Assembly (NCBI GenBank): GCA_964370435.1
Contig: CAYJJG010000001.1
Location: 147,561 to 179,560, forward strand
Reading direction: 5' to 3'
DNA length: 32,000 nucleotides
Source: an uncultured Holdemania sp.
GTDB taxonomy: Bacteria > Bacillota_I > Bacilli_A > Erysipelotrichales > Erysipelotrichaceae
Positions 19,442-26,852 of the stretch are shown here, one piece after another. The position numbers and the translations under genes are program-made. The notes under the pieces were generated by a model. The model was not told where the DNA came from. It did not search any database and saw only the letters and a list, made by a program, of their open reading frames with translations. How positions within the stretch are numbered: position 1 is the stretch's first letter; each line of letters begins with the position of its first letter.

Positions 19442-20057
19442 ATATCTTTACCACCTGACTATAAGCTTGCTCGATCACTTCGCTTAGTTTTAGTGATGCA
19501 TCTACTATAACCATTCGCTCCTTAAAGCGCTCTTTAACTATTTTATATCCTTCCACAACTGCATAGTGGAAAGCTAAAGATTCTTGATCCAATCGATCTT
19601 TGAATGTTCTATTTTCAATACGCTTTAGTCCTTCTTCGGCACTCAACTTTAAATAAATTGTTTTATCTGGCATATGCCCTTCAATTGCAAATTCATTTAT
19701 GCTTAAAACTTCTTCAATCCCAAGTTTTCTACCACAACCCTGATAGGCTAAAGAACTGTCTACAAAACGATCACAAATAACAATTTTCCCTTCATTTAAC
19801 GCAGGCAGCACTTTTTCAACAAGATGTTGTCTTCTACTTGCCGCGTACAATAAAGCTTCAGTGCGTTCATCCATCGCTGTATTTTCAGGACTTAGAATAA
19901 TACTGCGTATTTGTTCAGCAATATCGATTCCACCTGGTTCTCTTGTATATATTGCATCATATCCATTTTCTATTAAACGCTGATAAACCTGTTGGCTTAC
20001 CGTTGTCTTCCCACTACCATCGGGACCTTCAAAACTAATAAAAAGGCTCTTTTTCAT
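19416..20057 (-). CDS. tmk: Thymidylate kinase
   Basis: 213 aa. P-loop FEGPDGSGKTT, TREPGG, DRFVDSSLAYQG. A putative extended -10 promoter TGaTATAAT lies on the minus strand (complement of 20087-20095). Confidence 0.95.
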   Translation of the reverse strand: MKKSLFISFEGPDGSGKTTVSQQVYQRLIENGYDAIYTREPGGIDIAEQIRSIILSPENTAMDERTEALLYAASRRQHLVEKVLPALNEGKIVICDRFVDSSLAYQGCGRKLGIEEVLSINEFAIEGHMPDKTIYLKLSAEEGLKRIENRTFKDRLDQESLAFHYAVVEGYKIVKERFKERMVIVDASLKLSEVIEQAYSQVVKIYDEKQAEE

Positions 20058-20134
20058 AGTAATTTCACCTTACCTCATTATCTTTTATTATATCACAATC
20101 ATTAAAGAATAGAAACGAGTAGTATTAATGGCAT

Positions 20135-20160
20135 AAAAAAAACTGCTATCTAGCAGTTTT
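20135..20160 (-). terminator. Intrinsic terminator of the EIIA gene
   Basis: AACTGCTA-TC-TAGCAGTT stem. On the minus strand it is followed by U8 (complement of 20135-20142). Confidence 0.75.
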
Positions 20161-20163
20161 CTG

Positions 20164-20637
20164 TTACTCTATTTCTAATACACAGCTATCATTAGCTTTT
20201 ACAGGCTTTGATGGATGTACTGTAATTTGGTTATAATCCATATGATTTAATATAATCATCATTATCGTAGTATCTAACCCTTTTGACTCCATTGCTTCTT
20301 TATCAAACTCTATTAATGAATCCCCAGCTTCTACGTGTTCATTAATATTTACTAGTGATTTAAACCCTTCTCCCTCTAAAGATATAGTATTTATACCTAT
20401 ATGGATCAATAGCTCTACACCATTATCCCCTGTTAAACCAATCGCATGTTTGTTTTGAGCTATTACTTGCACTGTTGCGTTAAAAGGAGCTTTAATACAA
20501 TTTCCACTTGGTATGATTGCAATTCCTTCTCCCATAGTTTTTTGTGCAAAAGTATTATCGTTTACGGTTTCTAACAATACCGCATCCCCATCAACAACAC
20601 TATTAATGATAATTAATTCTTTACTATTTTCTGACAT
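20164..20637 (-). CDS. Stand-alone PTS EIIA component, glucose family
   Basis: Start moved to the ATG at 20637 (RBS AAGAGGA, MSENSKEL). 157 aa with the two-His region HAIGLTGDNGVELLIHIGINT typical of EIIA-Glc. The ORF-track start would fall inside the promoter -35. Confidence 0.85.
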   Translation of the reverse strand: MSENSKELIIINSVVDGDAVLLETVNDNTFAQKTMGEGIAIIPSGNCIKAPFNATVQVIAQNKHAIGLTGDNGVELLIHIGINTISLEGEGFKSLVNINEHVEAGDSLIEFDKEAMESKGLDTTIMMIILNHMDYNQITVHPSKPVKANDSCVLEIE

Positions 20638-20686
20638 TTTATATCCTCTTTCTGTACTTACTTTTAAGTTAATACATGCGAAAATA

Positions 20687-20715
20687 ATTGTAAATGTTAT
20701 CCAAATTAATGTCAA
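20687..20715 (-). promoter_or_regulatory. Near-consensus sigma-A promoter of the EIIA gene
   Basis: On the minus strand: TTGACA (complement of 20710-20715), exactly 17 nt of spacer, TACAAT (complement of 20687-20692). Confidence 0.65.
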
Positions 20716-20946
20716 GCATCATTGTTTATAACTTTACAATTTATTTTATTTGATATTCATCTCCTTTTAATACCCCTCAGCAGCTAGACTATTAATTAAC
20801 TAGTAACCCTTATCTCTTTTTTAAATAAGGCTTATTATTTCCTTAGTATATCCTCGTTTTTTACTTCTTTAATTTATTTAATATTTTTACTTAATAATTT
20901 AGGTTATTTATTATATTATATACATAGAAATATAGCGGAGGTAAAC

Positions 20947-21519
20947 ATGAGCGATTTTCATAATCAAAAAATTATTCCTTCTTTATCAAAGGATAATGAA
21001 ATTCATCAATTTATAAGTAGTGTAATGGATTATTGTATTTTAATACATCTTGATTTAAAAGACTTAAAAAAGTATATAGATCTCATTCATCAGCATAATA
21101 AATTTTGTTTTATCCATTTAGATTATATTAATGGTATTGCTATTGATAAACACGGATGCGAATATGTCCTTAACCAACTTCAAGCTGATGGAATTTTATC
21201 GAGTAATAATGAAGTAATCTTAACAGCTAAAAAATATAAAAAAGTAGCTATACAACGATTATTTCTCGTTGACTCAGCTACCTTAGAAAAAGAATTAATA
21301 CAAATTAATTTGAACAATCCTGATTACGTAGAACTAATCCCCGGAATTGCTCATGAAATTTTTCCTACAGTTAAACTGCATCTAAAATGCAATTTAATTG
21401 CCGGAGGACTTTTAAAAACTACTGAGCAACTTTATGCTTGCTTAAACAGTGGCGCTAGTGCCGTTACAGTATCATCACTAGCTCTTGTAGATAGTTTCTA
21501 TAAATCTTATTTAGACTAA
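20947..21519 (+). CDS. glpP: Glycerol-3-phosphate-responsive antiterminator GlpP
   Basis: 190 aa, colinear with Bacillus GlpP (IIPSL..., FIHLDYINGI, GILSSNNEVI..AKK, IQRLFLVDS, PDYVELIPG, IAGGLLKT, GASAVTVSS). GGAGG RBS. Confidence 0.85.
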   Translation: MSDFHNQKIIPSLSKDNEIHQFISSVMDYCILIHLDLKDLKKYIDLIHQHNKFCFIHLDYINGIAIDKHGCEYVLNQLQADGILSSNNEVILTAKKYKKVAIQRLFLVDSATLEKELIQINLNNPDYVELIPGIAHEIFPTVKLHLKCNLIAGGLLKTTEQLYACLNSGASAVTVSSLALVDSFYKSYLD

Positions 21520-21791
21520 TCTTTATTTAAAAACGCATTGATGTCTTCCAAAGTTATTGTATGATAGGACATTAATCTAAATACCTGAACCAGTAAGTCA
21601 GCTAAATCCTGACTTATTTCTTTTTTATCAGCCTTTTTTGTACTATCAATAATCATCGCAGTTGTACTAGAACTTAACTCCTTCAACATCTCTTCTAGCT
21701 GATTATTATCCTTTGATAAAGAAATACTTATTTCATTATCATCTTGTATTGATAATACTGTTTCGTATAGTGCTTGTAATTGATTTTTCAT
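21516..21791 (-). CDS. Small MazG-like (all-alpha NTP pyrophosphohydrolase-like) protein, tentative
   Basis: 91 aa. LEEMLKEL ... KEISQDLADLLVQVFRLMSYHTITLEDI resembles the two helices of small MazG/YpjD-type proteins, but the EExxE spacing is not canonical. GGAG RBS, 29 nt after the symporter stop. Confidence 0.4.
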   Translation of the reverse strand: MKNQLQALYETVLSIQDDNEISISLSKDNNQLEEMLKELSSSTTAMIIDSTKKADKKEISQDLADLLVQVFRLMSYHTITLEDINAFLNKD

Positions 21792-21820
21792 GTACTATCT
21801 CCTTTCTAATAACTCTATAG

Positions 21821-23251
21821 TTATTTCCTAGCTGCTCGAATAAAGTCAGCAGATTTTTGATATTCGCTTGGTGTAACAAGACTCGCTACTACATAAACAA
21901 CGGTCGATAATGCGACACCTAAAATAACTTGGGTTGCCGACTGTGATTGCCAAAAATGAGGCAAATCAACATTATACGTAATTAACAAATTATAGCCACA
22001 GTAAACTAAACCTACCAACATAGAAGCAATCGCACCTTTACTATTCCCTCTATGCCATACAAATCCAGCAAGTAACGGAACAAATACTCCTGTGGTGATA
22101 ATATCCGACGCTATCCATGACAAATCTAAGATAGATCTAATACCCAGTGATATTATTAATGCTGCAGCTGTAACTATTACTGTCGATACTCTTGAGAATT
22201 GTAGTTGTTTTTCTTCGCTTTCGTGATTCTCAAAGATATCCATAGATAATGTCATAGCAGCTGTATTAATTAAAGAATCCATGGTAGACATAATTGCCGC
22301 CGAAATACCCACAAACACAAGTGCACCAACTACCGGTGAAAGATAATCAATTACAATGGCAGTAACCACTCCGCCTTCAGGTAGAGTATCATAAAGCACA
22401 ATACCTGCCATACCTGTAAACACTACTATTAGATATAATGGTATATAGGCAATGAAACTCATTACTGTCATTTTACGTGCATCTTTATCATCTTTCGCCG
22501 CACTTATTCGCTGCCAAACATTTGCTTGTATCATCCAAGCGCAACCAAAAGTAATAACATACATCATATATTTAGATACACCACTACTCATATCCATAAA
22601 TCCTACTTTATTAACACTTTCTGCTTTTAAAGCAATTTCTGAAAATCCTCCACTTTCTTGTAGAGCAACAACGAATACTATAACTGCTGATGCCAGCAAT
22701 AGAAAGAATTGAATAATATCCGTTAATACTACTCCTCTAAATCCACCAAAAAATGAATATATTAATACAATACTTGTTCCTAACAAGATAGCTGCTTCAT
22801 AACTTATCCCTAAATATGTACCAAAGAAATCACCAACACCAACCATTTGCGTTGCAGCTGATAAAGTCATAAATAATAAAATCATAATGGATAAAATGTA
22901 TGCTGTTGATTTAGAATAACGAGCTTCCATCATCTTTCCTTGCGTCAAATAGCCTACCTTTCGGATTGCTTTTGCTCCAACTATCATTAAAAATGTAGAT
23001 ATCAATACTGGAACGCCATAATAGAAAAATGCCCCAAGACCATCTTCATATGCTAAATCGGCGGTCGATAAAGCAGATCCTGCTCCCCACCATGAGGCAA
23101 TAAAGGTTATTGATAACGCCCAAAAAGGCAATGATCTTCCTGCAAAGAAGTAATCTAACACATTATTATTTTTCTTTTCTCTAGTGACCGCAAATAACAG
23201 TACTGCAAAATAGAGTATTAAACCGATTAATGAGGCAATTTGTAAAGTCAT
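21821..23251 (-). CDS. Sodium:solute symporter (SSS family), substrate unknown
   Basis: 476 aa, about 12-13 TM helices. N-terminal region with FFAGRSLPFWALS...WWGAGS typical of SSS (PutP/PanF-like) carriers. Confidence 0.85.
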   Translation of the reverse strand: MTLQIASLIGLILYFAVLLFAVTREKKNNNVLDYFFAGRSLPFWALSITFIASWWGAGSALSTADLAYEDGLGAFFYYGVPVLISTFLMIVGAKAIRKVGYLTQGKMMEARYSKSTAYILSIMILLFMTLSAATQMVGVGDFFGTYLGISYEAAILLGTSIVLIYSFFGGFRGVVLTDIIQFFLLLASAVIVFVVALQESGGFSEIALKAESVNKVGFMDMSSGVSKYMMYVITFGCAWMIQANVWQRISAAKDDKDARKMTVMSFIAYIPLYLIVVFTGMAGIVLYDTLPEGGVVTAIVIDYLSPVVGALVFVGISAAIMSTMDSLINTAAMTLSMDIFENHESEEKQLQFSRVSTVIVTAAALIISLGIRSILDLSWIASDIITTGVFVPLLAGFVWHRGNSKGAIASMLVGLVYCGYNLLITYNVDLPHFWQSQSATQVILGVALSTVVYVVASLVTPSEYQKSADFIRAARK

Positions 23252-23273
23252 AAATGTATCCCCCTATACTTTA

Positions 23274-23302
23274 ATTATAGATAAGGTGAAATTTAATGTC
23301 AA
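23274..23302 (-). promoter_or_regulatory. Consensus sigma-A promoter of the symporter gene
   Basis: On the minus strand: TTGACA (complement of 23297-23302), 17-nt spacer, TATAAT (complement of 23274-23279), then the AGGGGGA RBS. Confidence 0.7.
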
Positions 23303-23338
23303 ACTATATACTTTTTATTTGTGTCACACAAAAGATTC

Positions 23339-23367
23339 TTGCATTATTTTATACATATAAGTATAAT
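23339..23367 (+). promoter_or_regulatory. Sigma-A promoter of the preQ1 riboswitch-queT unit
   Basis: TTGCAT (23339-23344), 17-nt spacer, TATAAT (23362-23367). Confidence 0.65.
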
Positions 23368-23373
23368 CAATTA

Positions 23374-23413
23374 GTCAGTCGAAGCTCCTGACCTTAAATA
23401 AAACATGAAAGGA
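23374..23413 (+). promoter_or_regulatory. preQ1-I (class I) riboswitch, translational type
   Basis: GUCAG-UCGAAGCUC-CUGAC (5-bp P1 with UCG at the start of the loop) followed by the A-rich tail CUUAAAUAAAAC and AUGAAAGGA, which contains the SD. This matches the preQ1-I architecture, and it sits directly upstream of queT. Confidence 0.65.
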
Positions 23414-23421
23414 TTTATACT

Positions 23422-23949
23422 GTGAGAAACAATAAAATAAAAAGCATCACCATTATAGCTATTATAGCTGCACTTTATACCACAGTCTCATTATCTCTAG
23501 CTCCACTTACCTACGGAAACATACAAGTACGTATTGCTGAAGCACTAACGCTGTTACCTTTATTATATATGCCTTCCATTTATGGTGTCGTATTAGGTTG
23601 TGCCTTAACTAATCTAATCGGTGCAATGATGGGAATTAATTTATTAGGATTTTTAGATGTTTTTATAGGAACCTTTGCTACATTTATTGCGGCTTTCTAT
23701 ACCTACAAATTTAAAGATATACTCTTATTTAAACAACCTGTACTATCCGCTTTGATGCCCGTATTATTTAATGCACTTATCATTGGAGCGCAACTAAGTT
23801 ATGTGTTATTTGCACCTTCTGAATTTATGCTAGGATGGCTCATTTTTGCCACGCAAGTTGCGTTAGGACAATTTATAGCTTGTGTTATTTTTGGATTACC
23901 TTTAATTAATGCATTAAAAAAAGTAAAGCTTTTTGAAAAAATAGTTTAA
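23422..23949 (+). CDS. queT: Queuosine-precursor transporter QueT (ECF-type S component)
   Basis: 175 aa, GTG start 8 nt after AAAGGA. Five or six TM helices. N-terminal ITIIAIIAALYTTVSLSLAPLTYGNIQVRIAEALTLLP is typical of QueT. Confidence 0.85.
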   Translation: MRNNKIKSITIIAIIAALYTTVSLSLAPLTYGNIQVRIAEALTLLPLLYMPSIYGVVLGCALTNLIGAMMGINLLGFLDVFIGTFATFIAAFYTYKFKDILLFKQPVLSALMPVLFNALIIGAQLSYVLFAPSEFMLGWLIFATQVALGQFIACVIFGLPLINALKKVKLFEKIV

Positions 23950-24082
23950 TTTTAATGCCTAATTAATGATTGCCATTTAAAAGTAGATTTTCTTCTTTGA
24001 GCTTTATTTCTTTTAAGGCATCCTCTTTGACAACTATATTTATTTGTATAGTATTATTAGTTAATACTAATCTATCAATCTT

Positions 24083-24108
24083 AAAATGATCTAATCGATC
24101 ATTTTTTT
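24083..24108 (+). terminator. Intrinsic terminator, probably of queT
   Basis: AAAATGATC-TAATC-GATCATTTT with a T7 run. About 135 nt after the queT stop. Confidence 0.55.
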
Positions 24109-24194
24109 ATATAGGGCATTAATACACTAGAACCTTTTCGTGCTTAGTGCTCCTATACTTCAATATGTCTATTTTTAGTTACACTGTATTTGTA

Positions 24195-24925
24195 AAGGAT
24201 AAGTCATAACCACCAGTAAAACTGGTGGCATGACCTAGCCCTATAAGGGCTTCATGTTGCGTAGTCCTTCGACTACTGAGGCCTGACAGCCGCAACACCT
24301 TCTCTAACTGCCTCTTGAAAGAGGCTTTTTTTATTGTTTTATTTCACCGGCTCACCCGTAAACGGGTCTATAAATTCTTTCATGCTCATCTGATCCGACA
24401 GCTTGTCTTCCAGCAGTTGATTTTGTATATACTCTTTAATTGCCTTTTCATTTTTTCCTACTGTATCCACAAAATATCCTCTTGCCCAAAATTTTCTGTT
24501 CCCAAACTTGTATTTTAAGTTTGCATGTCTTTCAAATATCATCAAGGTGCTTTTACTTTTCAAATACCCCATAAATTGTGCCACTGAATACTTCGGTGGT
24601 ATTTCTATCAACATGTGTATATGATCAGCACACGCCTCTGCTTCTATTAATTTACTCCCTGTTTTTCTTTCTATCAAATTCCTTATTATTTGTCCTATAT
24701 CTTTTCTTAACTTGTTATAGATTATCATTCTTCTATATTTCGGTATGATGATAATGTGGTATTTACATCTATAACTTGTGTGTGATAAACTTTGTATGTC
24801 TTTCATGACATTGCACCTACTTTCGTTTTTTTGTTAGCTGCCAGGCCAACTTTATTATATCGAAAGTAGGTGTTTTTTTACCACTATAAGACTATTACCA
24901 CGCGCATAGCAAGTGGTATTTTTGC
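24195..24925 (-). mobile_element. IS200-like insertion sequence (IS200/IS605 family, tnpA only). Ends are approximate.
   Basis: A Y1 transposase ORF flanked by structured, visibly more GC-rich DNA. Subterminal hairpins at 24203-24234 and 24896-24918. About 730 bp, as expected for IS200. It lies between two host terminators. Confidence 0.75.
24339..24806 (-). CDS. tnpA: IS200/IS605-family Y1 (HUH) transposase TnpA
   Basis: 155 aa. YHIIIIPKYRR N-terminus, HUH motif ADHIHMLIE, and catalytic Tyr region KEYIQNQ. Confidence 0.93.
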   Translation of the reverse strand: MKDIQSLSHTSYRCKYHIIIIPKYRRMIIYNKLRKDIGQIIRNLIERKTGSKLIEAEACADHIHMLIEIPPKYSVAQFMGYLKSKSTLMIFERHANLKYKFGNRKFWARGYFVDTVGKNEKAIKEYIQNQLLEDKLSDQMSMKEFIDPFTGEPVK

Positions 24926-24930
24926 CAATT

Positions 24931-24956
24931 AAAAAAACTACCGCAGTAGTTTTTTT
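24931..24956. terminator. Bidirectional intrinsic terminator ending the dtd-folD-DUF951 operon
   Basis: AAAAAAACTAC-CGCA-GTAGTTTTTTT. Flanking A7 and T7 runs give a U tract on either strand. Confidence 0.7.
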
Positions 24957-24970
24957 GTATTACCTGATAA

Positions 24971-25171
24971 TTATCCTAATGCCTTTTGTATTATTTTCTT
25001 TCCTTTTCTTTCGAATTCACTTCTTGGAAACATAACAACCGCGCCACATCCTAAACATTTAATTTTGATATCTGCGCCCATACGAATAATTTTCCATTCT
25101 TTTGATTTGCGGCATGGATGTTCCTTTTTCATTTCAACAATATCATTTAAATCATAGTTTTCTTTAATCAT
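24971..25171 (-). CDS. DUF951-family small protein (YyzM-like)
   Basis: 66 aa. DLNDIVEMKKEHPC...WKIIRMGADIKIKCLGCG...FPRSEFERK closely matches the conserved DUF951 pattern. 8-nt overlap with folD. Confidence 0.8.
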   Translation of the reverse strand: MIKENYDLNDIVEMKKEHPCRKSKEWKIIRMGADIKIKCLGCGAVVMFPRSEFERKGKKIIQKALG

Positions 25172-26027
25172 AATTTCTATTTTCCTCTTTTTTATAATAA
25201 GCCTTTAAGGTGTTCTTTAGTAACATCGTAATAGTCATCGGACCTACTCCTTTAGGTACTGGTGTAATTACACTAACATGGTCTAATACATCGTCAAAAT
25301 CAACATCACCACATAATTTACCATTTAACCTATTTACCCCTACGTCGATAACCACCGCATTCTTTTTAATCCATTTTTTATTTACTAGTTTTGCTTTTCC
25401 AATTGCAACAATTAGTATATCAGCTTCTTTACAAACTGCTTCAATATTTTCTGTCCGTGAATGACAAACAGTTACTGTTGCATTAGCTTGAATTAAAAGT
25501 TGTGCTACTGGATTACCTACTAAATTACTTCGTCCTATGACACAAACTCTTTTGCCGCTTAATTCAACTTCTGCCTTCTTTAATAACTCCATAATGCCTC
25601 TAGGAGTACATGGCACAAAACCATTCTCCTTTAACATTAATCTCCCTGCATTAATAGGATGAAGTCCATCAACATCTTTTTCAGGACTTATTCTAAGTAA
25701 AATTTCTTTTTGTGACAAATGGCTAGGTAATGGCAACTGCACTAAGATACCATCTACTTGTTGATCGTTATTTAAACTATCTATTAGTTCTTCTAATTTT
25801 TCTTGTGTTGTATTTTCTGGAAGACGAATTAAGTCAGAGTCCATCGCAATTTCTTTACATGCTTTTTCCTTGCCTGTTACATAGGAAACACTTGCTGGAT
25901 CCTCTCCCACCAATATTACTACTAATTTGGGTGCCCTTTTATTATTGTTATTTAGGACTTCAATTTCCTGACGCATTGCTTCTTTCATTTCTATAGCTAG
26001 TTCACTGCCATAAATTACTCTAGACAT
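25164..26027 (-). CDS. folD: Bifunctional methylenetetrahydrofolate dehydrogenase / methenyl-THF cyclohydrolase
   Basis: 287 aa. VGEDPASVSYV, GILVQLPLP, PCTPRG, VIGRSNLVGNPVA, PVPKGVGPMTI motifs. Confidence 0.96.
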   Translation of the reverse strand: MSRVIYGSELAIEMKEAMRQEIEVLNNNNKRAPKLVVILVGEDPASVSYVTGKEKACKEIAMDSDLIRLPENTTQEKLEELIDSLNNDQQVDGILVQLPLPSHLSQKEILLRISPEKDVDGLHPINAGRLMLKENGFVPCTPRGIMELLKKAEVELSGKRVCVIGRSNLVGNPVAQLLIQANATVTVCHSRTENIEAVCKEADILIVAIGKAKLVNKKWIKKNAVVIDVGVNRLNGKLCGDVDFDDVLDHVSVITPVPKGVGPMTITMLLKNTLKAYYKKEENRNYD

Positions 26028-26038
26028 GCTATTTCCTC

Positions 26039-26485
26039 CTATAATTGGGATGAATCTAAGATGATAGTAACTGGTCCATCATTAACTAATTCTACTTGCA
26101 TTGTTGTTTGAAACACTCCAGTAGGAACACTTAGACCAAAACTTCTTAAAGATTCATTAAATTTTAAGTATAATTCATGAGCAATTTCAGGACTTGCCGC
26201 ATCAATAAAACTTGGTCGTCTTCCTTTTTTGCAATCGGCATAAAGCGTAAACTGTGATACCGACAAAATCTCGCCGTCGATATCTTTTAAACAGCGATTC
26301 ATTTTTTGCTCATCATCACTAAAAATTCGCATATGTACTATTTTATCTGCCATCTTTTTTACAGTGTTTTCATCATCTTCGTGGGTAATGCCTACTAATA
26401 GTAGAAATCCCTGATTGATTTTAGAAACGATTTTATCATCAACACTAACACTTGCTTTTGAAACACGCTGTATTACCACTCGCAA
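26039..26485 (-). CDS. dtd: D-aminoacyl-tRNA deacylase
   Basis: RVVIQRV N-terminus, SQFTLYAD, GRRPSF, and NDGPVT near the C-terminus. I prefer the TTG start at 26485 (GAGGTG RBS, 6-nt spacer). The GTG at 26494 in the ORF track lies inside that RBS. Confidence 0.9.
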   Translation of the reverse strand: MRVVIQRVSKASVSVDDKIVSKINQGFLLLVGITHEDDENTVKKMADKIVHMRIFSDDEQKMNRCLKDIDGEILSVSQFTLYADCKKGRRPSFIDAASPEIAHELYLKFNESLRSFGLSVPTGVFQTTMQVELVNDGPVTIILDSSQL

Positions 26486-26852
26486 ATTAATCACCTCACA
26501 ATTATATTTTCACTTCTATATTTTACTATACTTTCTAGGAGGATAAAATAGTAAATAGATCGATTTTATCATTAACGATCACTATGAAAAAAATTAAATA
26601 TTAAATAATGATTTTAACATGAGCTTTATCCTTACATATACTAATTCTTAAATGTAATAAATTAGAATATTTATGGGCTGATTATGGGAAAAATAAAAAA
26701 AGTTAATTATTTCCTTTCGTTCACTATAGCCTTTATTTAAAGGATAAAAATTATCTTTTAGTTTGTTTCTAATCTATTTGCCCTCATCAAAATTTGTTTT
26801 TTAGCCTAAAATAGTATAGAATTATAATTGTTTTTCAAAGGAGAATTAAAAA

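Noticed and set aside
20746-20760. Strong GGAG directly followed by ATGAATATCAAATAA (4-codon mini-ORF, minus strand) upstream of the EIIA promoter.
   Set aside because: There is no spacer between the SD and the ATG, and it lies upstream of the predicted transcription start. Most likely fortuitous.
23985-24108. Stop-free minus-strand stretch of about 40 codons (...DRLVLTNNTIQINIVVKEDALKEIKLKEENLLLNGNH) between queT and the IS, considered as a gene remnant truncated by the IS insertion.
   Set aside because: It has no start codon or RBS and is closed by an in-frame TAA at its upstream end. It overlaps the queT terminator hairpin, and I found no continuation in any frame up to the IS. It is too short to distinguish from chance in AT-rich DNA.
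24203-24300. GC-rich hairpin cluster considered as a tRNA or other housekeeping RNA gene.
   Set aside because: It has no cloverleaf and no T-loop (GTTCGAATC-like) or D-loop consensus. The GTAGTC-CTTC-GACTAC hairpin is a tetraloop, not a T arm. Its position next to tnpA points to IS-end structure (see findings).
26495-26852. 358-bp AT-rich intergenic region with an orphan AGGAGG (about 26538-26545) and an 18-codon ORF (26684-26740), considered as an sRNA or micropeptide locus.
   Set aside because: It has no stable hairpins, no terminator, no RBS for the small ORF and no repeats. It is best explained as the divergent promoter region for dtd and the CAP-domain gene.
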